A program made the translations under genes and the position numbers. From a virus, in the IMG/VR virus record IMGVR_UViG_3300010157_000040, positions 1-64,000 of that record: a stretch of DNA of 64,000 nucleotides; one strand, written 5' to 3'. Below, piece after piece: positions 46,562 through 57,127 of the stretch (within the stretch, counting starts at the first letter, position 1; each line of letters opens with the position of its first letter). Under the pieces are notes generated by a model that was not told the origin of the DNA, ran no database searches, and saw only the letters and a program-made list of their open reading frames with translations.

Positions 46562-47143
46562 ATGAGGGAGTTTAGAAAACCAGATGTTAAAGCACCAAGA
46601 TTTAGACCAGAAGTTTATAATATTTTAAGTCAAGAGTTTTTTAGCAAGTTTAAAGAAAAGTATCCTAGGTATAAAAACCTAGATAATAAAGATTTAAGAA
46701 AGATAGCAAAAACTTTTAATAATCTTGTTTATCAAAAGGTAATAGATACAAGGGATGGTATTCAATTACCTGAATCTATAGGTTGGATATTTATTGGAAC
46801 ATGTAATCAAAGTAAAAAAGAAAACATTGACTTTGCTAAATCTAATAAATATGGAGTTACTGTAACTAATAAGAACTGGGAAACTGATGGTAAGTTAGCT
46901 AAGATATTTTTTACCAATCATGCACCTAAACATAAAATGAAGAATGCTGAATTCTGGAGTTTTGTTGCATGTAGAGATTTTAAAAGATCAGTTGCAAAAA
47001 CATATCCTGAAAATTGGAATATGTATGTTGCTGTAGATCCAACAAAAAAACTTAGATTGATATATCAAAATACAGTTTTTAAAAATATGTTAAAAGCAAA
47101 ACAAGATAAAGCTTTAGAAAATTATAATGAGTTTGACCTATGA
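46562..47143 (+). CDS. basic protein, possibly divergent IHF-like
   Basis: GIQLPESIGWIFIG after two helices; position before the tail genes as in crAss-like phages. Confidence 0.5.
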   Translation: MREFRKPDVKAPRFRPEVYNILSQEFFSKFKEKYPRYKNLDNKDLRKIAKTFNNLVYQKVIDTRDGIQLPESIGWIFIGTCNQSKKENIDFAKSNKYGVTVTNKNWETDGKLAKIFFTNHAPKHKMKNAEFWSFVACRDFKRSVAKTYPENWNMYVAVDPTKKLRLIYQNTVFKNMLKAKQDKALENYNEFDL

Positions 47144-47802
47144 CAACAATTGGAGAAGCAATATCAAGAGTAAGAAATACTCTAAAAGCAGTTAAGGAAG
47201 ATCCTTTCTTAACTGATAGAACTATATATTATTCATTACTAAAGTATTCTCAATCTCTTATTAAAAGAGAAGACAATCAATTTAGGTTAATGAAAATTAG
47301 TTCTATCTTCTCTGTATTACCTTATATTGAATTAATAGATGTAGATAAAGTAGAAGCAGGATGTCTTGGTGTTTATTCTGAATGTTATTTTAAAAGGTCA
47401 AAAGAAAAATTACCAACCATACTTGATGGTGTATTTGGTCCTATTATACGTACTACATCTTCTATAGATGGTTCTATAGAAATGTTTAGAACAGATCCGG
47501 GAACTTGGGTATCAATGATAAGAACAACTACATGGAAATATAATACAAGAAAATATTTTTGGTATTTAAATGGATATATCTATTGTCCTAATATAGATTG
47601 GGATGCAATAAGAATGGAAGCAATCTTTGAAGGTAAGTTAGATACATGTGATGCAGTTGAATGTCAAGTAAAACAAGATCAACAATTTGCATTACCAGAA
47701 TACTTATTTTCAGAAGCTGAACAATATGTAGTTAAAGAATTAACAATGTCATTATCTATTCCATCTGATGGTCCTGATGATAGTCAAAATACTTTAAGAT
47801 AA
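47140..47802 (+). CDS. tail ring protein
   Basis: Helical N-terminus, YFWYLNGYIY, EAIFE...FALPEYL. Confidence 0.6.
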   Translation: MTTIGEAISRVRNTLKAVKEDPFLTDRTIYYSLLKYSQSLIKREDNQFRLMKISSIFSVLPYIELIDVDKVEAGCLGVYSECYFKRSKEKLPTILDGVFGPIIRTTSSIDGSIEMFRTDPGTWVSMIRTTTWKYNTRKYFWYLNGYIYCPNIDWDAIRMEAIFEGKLDTCDAVECQVKQDQQFALPEYLFSEAEQYVVKELTMSLSIPSDGPDDSQNTLR

Positions 47803-48830
47803 TGGATTTTAATTACACACTTAGATATAGAACTTTTGATCAACTTTTAGAAGATGTTTCAGTAGATCTAAACACCTTTGCTCTTGAAAACATGATAGAG
47901 CCTCAAACTCTTATTAAACTAGCTAAGAAGTTAAATTATGATCTAGGTTTAAGAGTAAATCAAACTAAGGAAGTTATATTAGAAGTATGTCATGGTAGAG
48001 TAAAACTACCTGATGATTTTTATGTATTTAATTATGCAATGATCTGTGGTGATGTTACTGTTAAAACAGGTTATGATATTGGTGGAACAAATATACAAGA
48101 AGTACCATATACAGAAGTACCAAGTACAGTAGATGTATGTTCACCAATAAGTGTTAACTGTAGAACATGTAATGCTAATCCTTGTAATCATACTGCAGGT
48201 TGTGATCTTAATCATCCTATAGTAGATCCAATACCTGTTGCATATGATCCTTTAAACCCATATGGTGATACTTGTATACCACCAAGAGTATTCATGAACT
48301 GTAAAGGAGATAAATATGAACTCATTCAAGTATTAACTGCAGGAACAACAAGAGTATATTCTAATCTTATTTCATTAAGAATGAGATCAAGTCAAGAAAT
48401 AGAATGTGACTGTCCAAACTTATATGTAAATTCAGCCAATGAAGGTTGGATTAAAGGAGGATTTTTATTTACTACTCTAGATACTTGTAAAGTATATTTA
48501 AATTACCAAGGTGCAATGGAAGATGGTCAAGGAAATTTACTTGTACCAGACCATGATCTTATCAATGAGTACTATGAGTATGCTTTTAAACAAAGAATAC
48601 TTGAAAACTTATATATGAATGGTGAAGATGTTGCTCAAAGATTAGGATTGATAGAACAAAAATTAAAAGCATCAAGAAATGCTGCACTTAGTTTAGTTAA
48701 TACACCTAACTTTAGGGAACTAGAAAATATGTGGTGGACTAATAGAAGAGCAATGTATAGCAAGTACTATGATATGTTTAAAAGTTATTCAAATGCTAGT
48801 GCTTATGTTGGTCGCAATAGATTAATATAA
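47802..48830 (+). CDS. tail tubular (ring) protein
   Basis: VKLPDDF...VYLNYQG..ED..GNLLVPD...YYEY; Cys-rich insertion. Confidence 0.65.
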   Translation: MDFNYTLRYRTFDQLLEDVSVDLNTFALENMIEPQTLIKLAKKLNYDLGLRVNQTKEVILEVCHGRVKLPDDFYVFNYAMICGDVTVKTGYDIGGTNIQEVPYTEVPSTVDVCSPISVNCRTCNANPCNHTAGCDLNHPIVDPIPVAYDPLNPYGDTCIPPRVFMNCKGDKYELIQVLTAGTTRVYSNLISLRMRSSQEIECDCPNLYVNSANEGWIKGGFLFTTLDTCKVYLNYQGAMEDGQGNLLVPDHDLINEYYEYAFKQRILENLYMNGEDVAQRLGLIEQKLKASRNAALSLVNTPNFRELENMWWTNRRAMYSKYYDMFKSYSNASAYVGRNRLI

Positions 48831-48831
48831 T

Positions 48832-51800
48832 ATGGGACAATTTCAGAATACATCAAAAGAATTAAATCATAGTTTTACTAAAGGTTTAAATAAAGATTCT
48901 GATCCATCTTTTGTTGGAGAAGGTATGTGGACGCATGCACGGAATGTTGTAAACAATTCAAAAGAAGGTGACTTAGGTTCATTATCCAATGATACATCAA
49001 ATTATCTTTGTGCTACAGCAGGAAGTACAATGCCACTTATTGCACAACAAAAATTTATTATTGGTGTAATACATTTGTTTTCAGGTAATTGGTTAATATT
49101 TACAGCTGGACACAATGCACTTGGAATACCAGTAATGTCAGAAATAGGATTGTTAGAAGAATCAAGTTGTTTGTATAGACCTATTGTACAAGATGCATGT
49201 TTAGGTTTTGATAAAAGATATCTTATATCTGGATCATCTAGAAAAAAAGAAGATTGTTCATGGCAAGCATATTGGGCAGATGGTTTAAATCCTGACAGAT
49301 ATATAAATGTAGGAGATCCACAAACATGGCCATTACCAAATGAATATACTTGGTTAGGTTTACCAATTACAAATCCATCTACTGTTAACTATTATGTAGA
49401 TAATTTAGGTAATCAAATACTTTGGCCAGGTGTAAAATGGAAACAACTATGTGATGATAATGTAGGATGTGTACAACTAGTACCCGGAGTATGGCCACCT
49501 AACTGTCCAACTGTAAATTCATGTATTACTTGTACTAATATAAATGAATTAGATTGTGAAAAAAGTAGATTAGCAAGATTAATGGATACACCTTGTCTTA
49601 AAACTAGATTAGGTCCTGGTGGAGGTACATTAAAAAATGGAACTTACTTTGCTGTAATTGCTTATTTAATAAAAGGTATTAAAGTAACAGATTATTTTTC
49701 ACCTAGTAATTCACAACCTGTATATCATCCAGATGATTTAAGAGGATCACTTGTAATAGATGTTGAAGCTGACTCAGTTAATTTTAGTGAGTTTAGTTTA
49801 GTAATAGTACAAAATGTAAATGAAGCTACTATAGCAAAAAAGTTTGGTATATATTCAACTAAAACAAGAACTATACAAATAGATCAGTTACCAATGGATT
49901 TAGTAACTGTACCATTATCATTCATACCTATTCAAACTCCAATTTTTGAAAAGTCAGATCAAATTGCAGAAGTAAATAGTTACTTACTACGAGTAGGTCC
50001 AACATCTAAATTTGACTTTAACTACCAACCATTAGCAAATCAAATTAGTGCTAAATGGACATCAGTAGAATATCCATCAAACTATTATACTAAAGGTGGT
50101 AATAAAACAAGTTACTTAAGAGATGAAGTATATGCATTCTTTATCCGTTGGATATATGATACTGGTGACAAATCTGCATCATACCATATTCCAGGAAGAC
50201 CACCAAGAAACTTTACTAATGGAAATGTTTCTGGTAATGAAACTACTGATAATATTAATGATTTAAATACATTAGATAATACAGATCAATTATTTGAAAT
50301 GTATAACACAGCAAGTTCTACTGGAGTACCAACATTAATTGGAACTACAACAGATGATGGTGGTATTATACTTGATTCAGGAGATATGGGTTATTGGGAA
50401 TCTACTGAAGTATATCCTGATACTATACCAGAAATTTGGAATTCAAGTTCACATTGTTGGACAGGACCAATTGGACAATCAGGATTATATGATTTATGTG
50501 GTAAACCAATTAGACATCATAAATTTCCAGATAATTATTTAAATGTTAATACAGTTCACTTTAGAAAAAATACAGTAACAAGTCCACCAAATCCACAAGC
50601 TAATGAAGGTTTAGCAATTAGATTAATGGGTGTTAGATTTGAAAATATTATTTTACCAAAAGATAATGATGGAGTAGATATAACAGGAATTGTAGGTTAT
50701 GAAATATTAAGAGGTTCAAGAGAAGGTAATCAAAGTATCATTGCTAAAGGAATGATAAATAACTTAAGAACATATGAAATAAAAGGATCAGTACAAAGAA
50801 ATAGAATAGGATTATATCCTAACTATCCTTTTAATACTATCATACCTCCTATGAACTTATTTAATACAAATGATAATAACTATGCATATAATGATCCATT
50901 CATTAGAATGCCACATAAACCTAATGATTATTCAGTTGTAGATAATCAAACTATTCCAACTGATATTATTACTTTCCATTCACCAGATTTAATGTTTAGT
51001 ACACCTTTCTTAGATAGTACTGAAATAAAATTATATGGTCATTTACAAGGTCAATCATCTCAATATTTTGCAGAACCTAATGGTCATCCAAAATGGAAAC
51101 TTTTAGCTGATGCTGCTGTATTAATTGCAACACTTGTTGGTATAGGTGAAGCTATTATAAGTATAATTGGTAAAAGAGTATATAATCAACCAGGTTCATC
51201 TTTTACACAACAAAGACAACTTGAACAACTTATATATGGAGAAACTACTGTTAGTCAATCTATTAATAGTGCAGAATGGAATGCATATACTTTAGGACCC
51301 CTAGGACCTAGATTTATATATCAACAAAAATATAATGCATATTTTAATAGTGGTCAAGGTATACTTGACGCTTTTACAGGAACTGATTTTTTAGATGGTT
51401 ATTTAAATACTTTTAATAAAAATGGTGGTCAATATGGTACATATACAGCTCCAGCATTAGATAGAGAATTAACTTGGACTGACTATATTCCTGCTCCAGT
51501 TCAAATAGCATTTGATGTATTAGGTGGTATTTCAAAATTTTTATATTATTTTTCTGAAGGTGCTGATGTTGCATTAAAAGTAATTCAAGCATCTATTAGA
51601 TATGATCAATATGCATTACAACAAATTGGTCATGGTTTTTATGATAATATGTTACCTCCATTAATAAATAAAGTACAAAGATTTAAAATGGAAGATAGTT
51701 TTTATATTAGAGATAATATACAAGAAGTTCCATATTATTTAGGAAACGTATATAACAGTTCTAACGCACCTATTACTGTACCTTATAGATATAGTATCAA

Positions 51801-54339
51801 TAATCTTAAAAGATCTCCTACAGTTGTTGTAAGAACTAAAACTGGTAATTACTATAATCCAATATTATTTCCGACAGGTGCAAATATTGGTCCAGCATTT
51901 ATTCAAGATGCTGCAGGTAATTATATTGATAATTCATTAGTTACATTAGGATATTTTCAAAATGATCATGCAAGTAATGCTGGACAATCATGGGGACCAC
52001 CAGCAAATCCAACTGGAGCACAGTTTCCAAGTTTTGATAATATCAGTATACCATTTGCACAAAACATTGCAAGTCATTATGCAGGTATAAAAGTAAGACT
52101 AAGAAATCAATATGGACAACTTAACTCAATTAAACAAGTAGTAATAACTCCTTGTGAACAAAAGTCAAGTACATATAAAACTGCTCTTAGTTCATACACT
52201 TGTTTAAATGAAAATTTTTATATTAAAACAATTTTAGCTACTCCAGTATTTTTTGGAGGAGACACATATGTAAATAGATACACTGAAAAAAACACCATGT
52301 TCTTTTTCTATGATTGGTTATATGGTCAACCTGATGGTTTTGAATTTAATTATTTATTGCATCAAATGGTTCCTGAACCAAGATTTTGGGCAAATTCTAA
52401 AGCATATGATATAACAGATCTTGCACCTACAAACTGGTCTAATCCTACTCCTGGAACTGGAGCATTACCTACTAAGTTTTATAATTTAGATAATAGAAAC
52501 TATAACTATGAAGATGATAGTCATGGAAATTATCCAGGTACATTTAGAGTTAAAGAATCATTTTTCTATTTAGCTGTTTCATCTGTAAGAGATTTCTTTG
52601 TAGAAAGTGATATCATAGTAGATTTTAGAAAACCAACTACAGTAGAAGCTGAAAGATTTTATGATCCTTATAACTATACTGATCTTCCTGCTTTGTTTAA
52701 TATGAATCCTGATGTAATTGCTAAAGGAGATGTATATAGATATGATTATTCATTAAGTATATCTAAATCAAATGCACAATATTCTTCTGCAGGTAATTTG
52801 CAAAATAGAAACTATAACCCAAATGTATCTCAGTTGTGTTATGTATACTATCCAGATAGATTATATTATTCTAATCCACAACAAAATGATTCATATAATG
52901 ATGCATGGTTTATATATTTAGCAAATAACTATAATCAATTTAAGTCTCAACTTAGTGGTGTTAAATCTATTAATAAAAGTGGTTTATTTATTACATTTAA
53001 AAATGCTAGTCCATTAATGTATCAAGGTGTTGACACACTTCAAACAGAAATTGGTACTAAAATTACTATTGGTGATGGAGGTTTATTTTCACAACCAGGA
53101 CAATCAGTAACTAATGCTGATGTACCATATGAGTATGGTTCATCTCAAAGTAGATTAAGTGTTATATCTTCACCTGCTGGACTTTATTACATCTCACAAA
53201 ACCAAGGTAAGATATTTAGTTATGCTGGAGGTTTAAAAGAAATATCACAAATAGGTTTAAAGTGGTGGTTTAATTTATTTTTACCATATAAACTTACGGA
53301 AGATTTTCCTGAATATCCTTATAAAGATAATCCTGTAGCAGGTATAGGTTGTCAAACATTATATGATAATGAAAACTCTATCTTATATTTTTGTAAAAAA
53401 GATTATAAATTAAAACCGGAAACAGATAGACCAGTAGGAACAGTTACATATGTACCATTAATTACTACCGGTAAGAAAAAAGGTCAAGGAGATTATTTCC
53501 AAATAGAAGGAAGTACAGGTCAGTTTCAATTAGGTGATGAATTATTATTTGAAGATGCATCATGGACTACAAGTTTTGATCCTAAAAATGAATTCTGGTT
53601 ATCTTATCATGACTGGCATCCTGATTTAGTTATCCCTAATAAAGGAAAATTCTTAACAACAAAGACTAATCAAATATGGAAACATAATGATCTTTGTGCA
53701 AATTTCTGTAATTATTACGGAACACCATTTCCTTTTGAAATAGAATTTCCAATTATTACAGGACAAACAATTACTACATTAAAAAGTATAGATTATGTTT
53801 TAGAATGTTATAGAAGATCAGAAGTTAATTGTATAGATCAACATCATGTACTTGATGTTAATTTTGATAGAGCAGTTATATTTAATACTGAACAAGTATC
53901 AGGACATTTGAATCTTAATTTGTTTCCAAAAAATAATGTAACTTTAAGTTTAGATTATCCTAAATTAAATGTTAATCAAAACTCATATGATATTTTATTC
54001 TCTAAAGAAGAAAACAAATATAAGTTTAATCAATACTGGGATATAACAAGAGATAGAGGTGAGTTTCCTATTGGTTCTAATTATCCTCCTACAGGTCCTG
54101 TTATTCCTGGAAGTACTTTACTATTAGGAAATTATGATAATGAAAACATTTGGATAACAGAAGCTAACGGTTATAAGAAAAAATTAAATGTTGCTAATAT
54201 TGATTATAATAAACCACAAATGCAAAGAAAGAAATTTAGACATTATATAAATTTCCTTAATCTTACAAAAGATGTATCTGGTGATATCAATATGTTACTT
54301 AAATTAGTAAATACTAAAAATCAAATATCTCCAAGGTAA
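48832..54339 (+). CDS. tail stabilization/muzzle protein
   Basis: 1835 aa; FTKGLNKD...HARN, YLRDEVYAF, IRHHKFPD, GGDTYVNRY, WLSYHDWHP; beta-propeller-type tail protein of crAss-like phages. Confidence 0.8.
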   Translation: MGQFQNTSKELNHSFTKGLNKDSDPSFVGEGMWTHARNVVNNSKEGDLGSLSNDTSNYLCATAGSTMPLIAQQKFIIGVIHLFSGNWLIFTAGHNALGIPVMSEIGLLEESSCLYRPIVQDACLGFDKRYLISGSSRKKEDCSWQAYWADGLNPDRYINVGDPQTWPLPNEYTWLGLPITNPSTVNYYVDNLGNQILWPGVKWKQLCDDNVGCVQLVPGVWPPNCPTVNSCITCTNINELDCEKSRLARLMDTPCLKTRLGPGGGTLKNGTYFAVIAYLIKGIKVTDYFSPSNSQPVYHPDDLRGSLVIDVEADSVNFSEFSLVIVQNVNEATIAKKFGIYSTKTRTIQIDQLPMDLVTVPLSFIPIQTPIFEKSDQIAEVNSYLLRVGPTSKFDFNYQPLANQISAKWTSVEYPSNYYTKGGNKTSYLRDEVYAFFIRWIYDTGDKSASYHIPGRPPRNFTNGNVSGNETTDNINDLNTLDNTDQLFEMYNTASSTGVPTLIGTTTDDGGIILDSGDMGYWESTEVYPDTIPEIWNSSSHCWTGPIGQSGLYDLCGKPIRHHKFPDNYLNVNTVHFRKNTVTSPPNPQANEGLAIRLMGVRFENIILPKDNDGVDITGIVGYEILRGSREGNQSIIAKGMINNLRTYEIKGSVQRNRIGLYPNYPFNTIIPPMNLFNTNDNNYAYNDPFIRMPHKPNDYSVVDNQTIPTDIITFHSPDLMFSTPFLDSTEIKLYGHLQGQSSQYFAEPNGHPKWKLLADAAVLIATLVGIGEAIISIIGKRVYNQPGSSFTQQRQLEQLIYGETTVSQSINSAEWNAYTLGPLGPRFIYQQKYNAYFNSGQGILDAFTGTDFLDGYLNTFNKNGGQYGTYTAPALDRELTWTDYIPAPVQIAFDVLGGISKFLYYFSEGADVALKVIQASIRYDQYALQQIGHGFYDNMLPPLINKVQRFKMEDSFYIRDNIQEVPYYLGNVYNSSNAPITVPYRYSINNLKRSPTVVVRTKTGNYYNPILFPTGANIGPAFIQDAAGNYIDNSLVTLGYFQNDHASNAGQSWGPPANPTGAQFPSFDNISIPFAQNIASHYAGIKVRLRNQYGQLNSIKQVVITPCEQKSSTYKTALSSYTCLNENFYIKTILATPVFFGGDTYVNRYTEKNTMFFFYDWLYGQPDGFEFNYLLHQMVPEPRFWANSKAYDITDLAPTNWSNPTPGTGALPTKFYNLDNRNYNYEDDSHGNYPGTFRVKESFFYLAVSSVRDFFVESDIIVDFRKPTTVEAERFYDPYNYTDLPALFNMNPDVIAKGDVYRYDYSLSISKSNAQYSSAGNLQNRNYNPNVSQLCYVYYPDRLYYSNPQQNDSYNDAWFIYLANNYNQFKSQLSGVKSINKSGLFITFKNASPLMYQGVDTLQTEIGTKITIGDGGLFSQPGQSVTNADVPYEYGSSQSRLSVISSPAGLYYISQNQGKIFSYAGGLKEISQIGLKWWFNLFLPYKLTEDFPEYPYKDNPVAGIGCQTLYDNENSILYFCKKDYKLKPETDRPVGTVTYVPLITTGKKKGQGDYFQIEGSTGQFQLGDELLFEDASWTTSFDPKNEFWLSYHDWHPDLVIPNKGKFLTTKTNQIWKHNDLCANFCNYYGTPFPFEIEFPIITGQTITTLKSIDYVLECYRRSEVNCIDQHHVLDVNFDRAVIFNTEQVSGHLNLNLFPKNNVTLSLDYPKLNVNQNSYDILFSKEENKYKFNQYWDITRDRGEFPIGSNYPPTGPVIPGSTLLLGNYDNENIWITEANGYKKKLNVANIDYNKPQMQRKKFRHYINFLNLTKDVSGDINMLLKLVNTKNQISPR

Positions 54340-57065
54340 TGAAAAAGTATATAACAAAAAGGTCTAACATAAAAGGAGCTGGTAAAGGTTTATTTACTAA
54401 AGCTGCATATAAAAAAGGAGAAGTAATTGGTTTAGCACATGTTAATGATCAACCTGCTACAGAAATAGGAAGGAATCATAATCATAATGAAGAAAATCCT
54501 ACTGCATATAATGAAAAAATAAATAATAAAAGATATTTATTTGCATCAAGAGATTTAAAACCTAATGAAGAAATTACTACTAACTATAGATTACAACCTG
54601 AGTTAGAACAACCTGAAGATTTTCAAAAAAGAAAAGGTGGTACTGTATCTATGCCTACTGATAAACCTGAAAAATCTAAAAAGTTTTCTAGAAGTTTAGA
54701 TGCAACCAATAGATTGTTTACAGAAAACAAATTATTTAAAATACCTAAGTCTAGAAAGAATAAAGTATTTGATCCACATGCTAAATATTATGCAGAAGGT
54801 GGTAGTTATGAAGAAGCAGAATTAACTCCAGAAGAAATAGAAGCATATAGAGCAGAAGGATATACTGTAGATGAAACTGAATATAAAGAAGGTGGTGCAT
54901 ACTATGATGATTCTAGAGATGCTTGGGTAGATGCAGATGGAAAAGTAGGACCTAATGGTCCAGCATATTCTAATGGTGGAGATATTTCTGTACCTTCATT
55001 AAATCAAATGCAAGATGGTGGAACATATACATATGCAGGTAGAAAAGATTCTACATATAAAAAAGATGCAAGTGGTAATTGGTTAATTAAAAATGCATCT
55101 ACCGGAAATAAGTTTACTGCTATCAGTGATCCAAAAGGTACAAGAACTAAAACATTAAATGCACAAGCTGTACCAACTAGTACACCAAGAGCAATAGAAA
55201 AAGTATATGCATCAACAGCTGAATCTACAGATACTCCTAATATTAGAGAAAGAACAGCACTTGATGCACCATATAAAATGAATCAATATGTTAAACATGT
55301 AAATAATGAACATGGTTTAGTTATAAATTATAAAAACAGTATTTATAATAATACAGCTTTTACACCTAAAGATAAAGATAAATATATAAATAAACTAAAA
55401 GGTAAAAACTTAGATCAACAAGCTGAAATATCTAAAAATTATTTAATGGGTCTTGCTACAGTAAAAGCTAATCAAGGTACTATAAGAGGTGTACCAAAAA
55501 AAGGTACAGCAGATTATATTGAAAGAGGTTGGGATATGGTAACAAATCCATTTGCTGCTTTTCATTATTCTGTTGCAACAGGAGATGTTAATAATATGCC
55601 ATGGCATTATAATGATGCAATGAGAAGAGGTATTAATCCAGAGAAATCATTAAGAGGTGGATCAGAAATTAGTGAAATTGCTAATACACCAAATCCTTTT
55701 GATGCAGGTGATAAAGTTGCATGGAATACAGGACAAGGAAATTATGGTGCTGCACTAATGCATGCTACAAGATTTTTACCATACACAGCAACAACAGTTG
55801 GTGCTAACATGCTTGGGGCATTAAATAGATTTGGTAATGTTGTTGAATCTGCTGCTAATTATAAACCATTAGTTGGTATATCAAGAAGTACTAGTACTCT
55901 TGGAAGAGCATTAGAAGAAACTGCAACTCTTAATAATTCATTAAGAGTAGGAAGTATGGCTCAATCTGTGTCATTAACTCCAGATATTATATCAGATGCA
56001 GGTGACTATATAAATTCAGGAGGTAGAAAAACTGAACAAGGAATGAATGCTTTAAAAAATACAGGTAGAGCATTATTATATGGAACATCTGCATTATCAA
56101 CAAGACCTGGTTCATATGGTTCATTAATTAATCAAAATTTAACACCATATAAAGCACCATATAATATTTATAATGACATATATAATGTATATCATAAAAA
56201 ACCTAATAGAATGTCATCAGTTCCATTAGATTTATTTGGTGCTGCAAGATCATTAGCTGGTTTACGTGGAGCAAGAAAATTAGGTGGTGAACAAAAAAGT
56301 ATAGAAGCAAATGTTACAGATGAAGATATACAAGATTTAATTGATCAAGGTTTTATTGTTGAAGAAGTTGATACATATTCTGAAGGTGGTGATATAAACA
56401 CAGAGATGATTAATACAGAAATAATGGATACAGAATCTCCACAAGATTTAGATCCTGTTCATATGAAAAAATATTTGAGTGACTTAAGATACTTAGAAAA
56501 TGGTATTAAAAAAGGATATAAAAATGATAAATGGTATCCACATGCTAGTGTTGAAGGTGGTGCAAAAACAATTGCTTATGGACATAAGTTAGCAAATAAT
56601 TCAGAATACAAAGGTGGACTTACTGAAAAAGAAGCATTAGCATTACAAAAAGAAGATGTATTAAAACATCAATCAGAAGCAGAAAGATTAACTGATGCAA
56701 AATATGGTGAAGGTACTTTTGATAAATTACCACAAAAAAATCAAATGTTATTAGTTGACTATGCATATAATGGTGTATATAATAAATTTCCATCATTTGT
56801 AAAGAGTGTTGTAAATAATAATAAAAAAGGAATGTTAAATAATTACAAAAGATATTCTGGCAACAATCCTATTACAAATAGAAATGAATGGACTGCAGAT
56901 GTAATTAATGATCAAGAAAAAACTAACAAAACTGTAGATAAAGCTAAAAAGTCAGAAAATAGTTTTATAAATAGTATTGTTCCTACTTTATATGGAGAAT
57001 CTAAACCTAAAGCTAAACCACAATCAAAGAAGGTATATAACTTTATGACAGGTAAATACCAATAA
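54339..57065 (+). CDS. multidomain virion/ejection protein: N-terminal SET domain plus C-terminal lysozyme-like domain
   Basis: GAGKGLFT...NHN...FASRDLKPNEEITTNY (SET); LENG...WYPH..EGGAKTIAYGHKL...LLVDYAYN (GH24-like). Confidence 0.75.
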   Translation: MKKYITKRSNIKGAGKGLFTKAAYKKGEVIGLAHVNDQPATEIGRNHNHNEENPTAYNEKINNKRYLFASRDLKPNEEITTNYRLQPELEQPEDFQKRKGGTVSMPTDKPEKSKKFSRSLDATNRLFTENKLFKIPKSRKNKVFDPHAKYYAEGGSYEEAELTPEEIEAYRAEGYTVDETEYKEGGAYYDDSRDAWVDADGKVGPNGPAYSNGGDISVPSLNQMQDGGTYTYAGRKDSTYKKDASGNWLIKNASTGNKFTAISDPKGTRTKTLNAQAVPTSTPRAIEKVYASTAESTDTPNIRERTALDAPYKMNQYVKHVNNEHGLVINYKNSIYNNTAFTPKDKDKYINKLKGKNLDQQAEISKNYLMGLATVKANQGTIRGVPKKGTADYIERGWDMVTNPFAAFHYSVATGDVNNMPWHYNDAMRRGINPEKSLRGGSEISEIANTPNPFDAGDKVAWNTGQGNYGAALMHATRFLPYTATTVGANMLGALNRFGNVVESAANYKPLVGISRSTSTLGRALEETATLNNSLRVGSMAQSVSLTPDIISDAGDYINSGGRKTEQGMNALKNTGRALLYGTSALSTRPGSYGSLINQNLTPYKAPYNIYNDIYNVYHKKPNRMSSVPLDLFGAARSLAGLRGARKLGGEQKSIEANVTDEDIQDLIDQGFIVEEVDTYSEGGDINTEMINTEIMDTESPQDLDPVHMKKYLSDLRYLENGIKKGYKNDKWYPHASVEGGAKTIAYGHKLANNSEYKGGLTEKEALALQKEDVLKHQSEAERLTDAKYGEGTFDKLPQKNQMLLVDYAYNGVYNKFPSFVKSVVNNNKKGMLNNYKRYSGNNPITNRNEWTADVINDQEKTNKTVDKAKKSENSFINSIVPTLYGESKPKAKPQSKKVYNFMTGKYQ

Positions 57066-57127
57066 CTAAACTTTTCAAGTTTATGTATTAAACTAAAATT
57101 TATTATATTTATAATAGAACTAATAAT

